Shown: piece after piece, positions 57,619-59,463 of the stretch
Layout: each line of letters starts with the position of its first letter
How positions within the stretch are numbered: position 1 is the first letter of the stretch
IMG/VR virus record: IMGVR_UViG_3300042330_000238
Coordinates: 1-59,463 of that record
Length of the DNA stretch: 59,463 nt
Strand: one strand, 5' to 3'
Source: a virus
Taxonomy: Duplodnaviria; Caudoviricetes
Position numbers and translations under genes: made by a program
Notes under the pieces: model-generated
What the model saw: only the letters and a program-made list of their open reading frames with translations
Database searches by the model: none
Told to the model about the DNA's origin: nothing

Positions 57619-59463
57619 ATGAGTATATCTTGTCCAAATAAACGCTTAAAAAGTTGGAAAGATTTAGTCCAAAAGGTAGGTGAAAATAAAGCCTACCTTT
57701 TATGGTCTGAATATAACGGTAATGTACCTGACAATTATTACAATGAAAAAAGTATAGAAGTTGAAGAAACTCAAGATAATGATATAATAACAAATGAAAA
57801 AAATTTATCTGAATTTGTAGATGAATCTGTTAAAACTTCTATATTTGATGAAAATACTTTGAATTTTAAAAAGAAAACATTATTAGATTTAAATAAGAAA
57901 TTATTATTTGGTAAAGGTACTTTAGATAAATCATATACATCTAAAGAAGTTTTACAAAATATAATTGATTCAAATTTAAATTTTAAAGATGAGACTATTG
58001 ATTTAATTTTTAAAGCAATGACATTATTAGAACGTTCAAATAGTCGTGTTAAAGTTATTAGTCAAGAAAGATTTGATAAAATGACTAAAGATTCTGATGG
58101 TGATGGTGTTGCAATAATGGCTTATAATTATGAATTAGAAAGTGTTATTTATTTACCTGAAAGTTCTTTAGCTAATTTTAGAAGTGATGACGTAATATCT
58201 TCTTTTTTACATGAAATTGCACATGAATTAAGTATTAATGCTTTAATTAATCCTATAACTTATGCTGAAAAACAATTTGCTGAATTAGTTACAAAAGCTT
58301 TTGAACAATATAAATATTTAGGAGAACGTAATTTTAGTAAAAGTTATGGTTTTACTAATGTAAAAGAATTTGTTGCGGAATTATATTCTAATAAAGAATT
58401 TCAACAAGAAATTATTAGTTTAGATAAATCATTATGGCAAAAATTTAAAGATGCTTTTAGAAGAATATTAGGATTACCTAAAACTTTAGCTAATGAAGAA
58501 TTAATAGATAGTATTTTATTAATTCAAGAAGTTGAAAAATATATTGAACAAGTAGGTACTACTTATACATATAAAAATGATTATAGTAATTCATTTGGTA
58601 ATGTATTATTTAAAAAAGTAGATTCTAAAAATATTAAATTAGATACTTTAGAAAAGAAACTTCAATATACTATAGATTTATCTAAAGATAGAATTGAACA
58701 ATTAATTGATAGAACAAGATCTAATAAGAAGTCTAAAAGTAAAAAAGATAAAGAAGAATTTTTAAAATCTTTTGAATCTTTATTAAATGAAATTAAAGTA
58801 TTAGAAAATACAGATAAGTGGAAAGCAATTGTATCCTATGTTAATTCATTTTCTAAAACATTAGAAAGAAGTAATAATATTTTAGATTCATTATTATATG
58901 ATGAAAAAACAGATACTTTTACTAAAGAAATTGATTCTGAAAAAATGTTAGAAGTTGTTTATGCTCATGAAGAATATGTAGCAGCTTATGATTTGTTAGA
59001 AAATATTCAAACATTAATTAAAGATAGTCAAAACGATATTACTGTAAACTCTGATGTACGTGCACAAACTACTGAAATTAAAAGTATTTTAAGAAACTTA
59101 CAAGAAAGTCATGATAAAATTGAAGGTACTTTCAATAACGTTCGTAAAGCATATGCTGTAAAATTATTTTCTAAACCTGAAAATAACACGAGAGTTGTTA
59201 CAGAATGGAGAGATAAATTATTTGCAGAATACTCTAAATTAAAAATACAAAACGAAACTCGTGAACAGTATTTTGGTAGAATGATTAATGGTAAATATAA
59301 AGAAGAATATCAACAAGCATTAAAAGATAGTGCTAAAAGTATTGTAAATGATCCTACTTTTGATATTTCAAGCTTTAGTTTACACGGTGAAGATTTATTA
59401 AATACTAATAGTAGTTTAATTAACATTATGTCTAATATTATTGGTAAAGTTAGAGATAACATT
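57619..59463 (+). CDS. Giant virion cargo protein with zincin metallopeptidase domain (partial, runs off the window)
   Basis: Open frame from ATG 57619 (MSISCPNK...) to the window end; FLHEIAH at about 58204-58224 and EFVAELYSN. Confidence 0.85.
   Translation, partial: MSISCPNKRLKSWKDLVQKVGENKAYLLWSEYNGNVPDNYYNEKSIEVEETQDNDIITNEKNLSEFVDESVKTSIFDENTLNFKKKTLLDLNKKLLFGKGTLDKSYTSKEVLQNIIDSNLNFKDETIDLIFKAMTLLERSNSRVKVISQERFDKMTKDSDGDGVAIMAYNYELESVIYLPESSLANFRSDDVISSFLHEIAHELSINALINPITYAEKQFAELVTKAFEQYKYLGERNFSKSYGFTNVKEFVAELYSNKEFQQEIISLDKSLWQKFKDAFRRILGLPKTLANEELIDSILLIQEVEKYIEQVGTTYTYKNDYSNSFGNVLFKKVDSKNIKLDTLEKKLQYTIDLSKDRIEQLIDRTRSNKKSKSKKDKEEFLKSFESLLNEIKVLENTDKWKAIVSYVNSFSKTLERSNNILDSLLYDEKTDTFTKEIDSEKMLEVVYAHEEYVAAYDLLENIQTLIKDSQNDITVNSDVRAQTTEIKSILRNLQESHDKIEGTFNNVRKAYAVKLFSKPENNTRVVTEWRDKLFAEYSKLKIQNETREQYFGRMINGKYKEEYQQALKDSAKSIVNDPTFDISSFSLHGEDLLNTNSSLINIMSNIIGKVRDNI

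Noticed and set aside
1136-57793. Short ORFs antisense or out of frame to long genes (e.g. 1136-1423, 13715-13990, 19259-19537, 20501-20761, 39908-40270, 41633-41875, 47155-47442, 57581-57793)
   Set aside because: Contained in or largely overlapping well-supported genes; typical shadow ORFs
7063-59463. Stop-codon reassignment (TAG/TGA), as in some crAss clades
   Set aside because: Terminase, portal, MCP and giant genes are intact under the standard code; the only break is explained by the intron
1-59463. CRISPR array, DGR template/variable repeats or invertible cassettes
   Set aside because: No regularly spaced repeats, reverse transcriptase or recombinase seen by eye; a self dot-plot would be needed to exclude weak repeats

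Overview
Very AT-rich window from a crAss-like (Crassvirales-type) podovirus genome. The host is probably a Flavobacteriaceae/Bacteroidota bacterium, based on repeated TTTG-N20-TAnnTTTG promoters. Bases 1-6.5 kb are transcribed leftward. They carry small accessory ORFs (two predicted lipoproteins, one an SGNH esterase) and an unusual density of structured non-coding elements. The strand switches at about 6.6 kb. The + strand then carries a promoter-to-terminator small RNA, ClpP-like, PhoH, HU-like, GroES/GroEL, terminase, portal, scaffold, major capsid, tail/fibre genes, a lysis cassette, the muzzle protein and the large ejected cargo proteins. The virion RNA polymerase gene is split at its catalytic D-F-D-V-D motif by a LAGLIDADG-encoding group I intron (53186-54139). 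It is followed by a ferritin and a zincin-domain giant protein that runs off the window. The most novel-looking signal is a tandemly duplicated ~200-nt RNA motif (316-514 and 525-718, minus strand). Its helices and a kissing-loop interaction co-vary between copies, and one copy carries a tRNA-like cloverleaf as a swappable insert. All family assignments come from motif recognition and synteny by eye; no database searches or folding programs were run.
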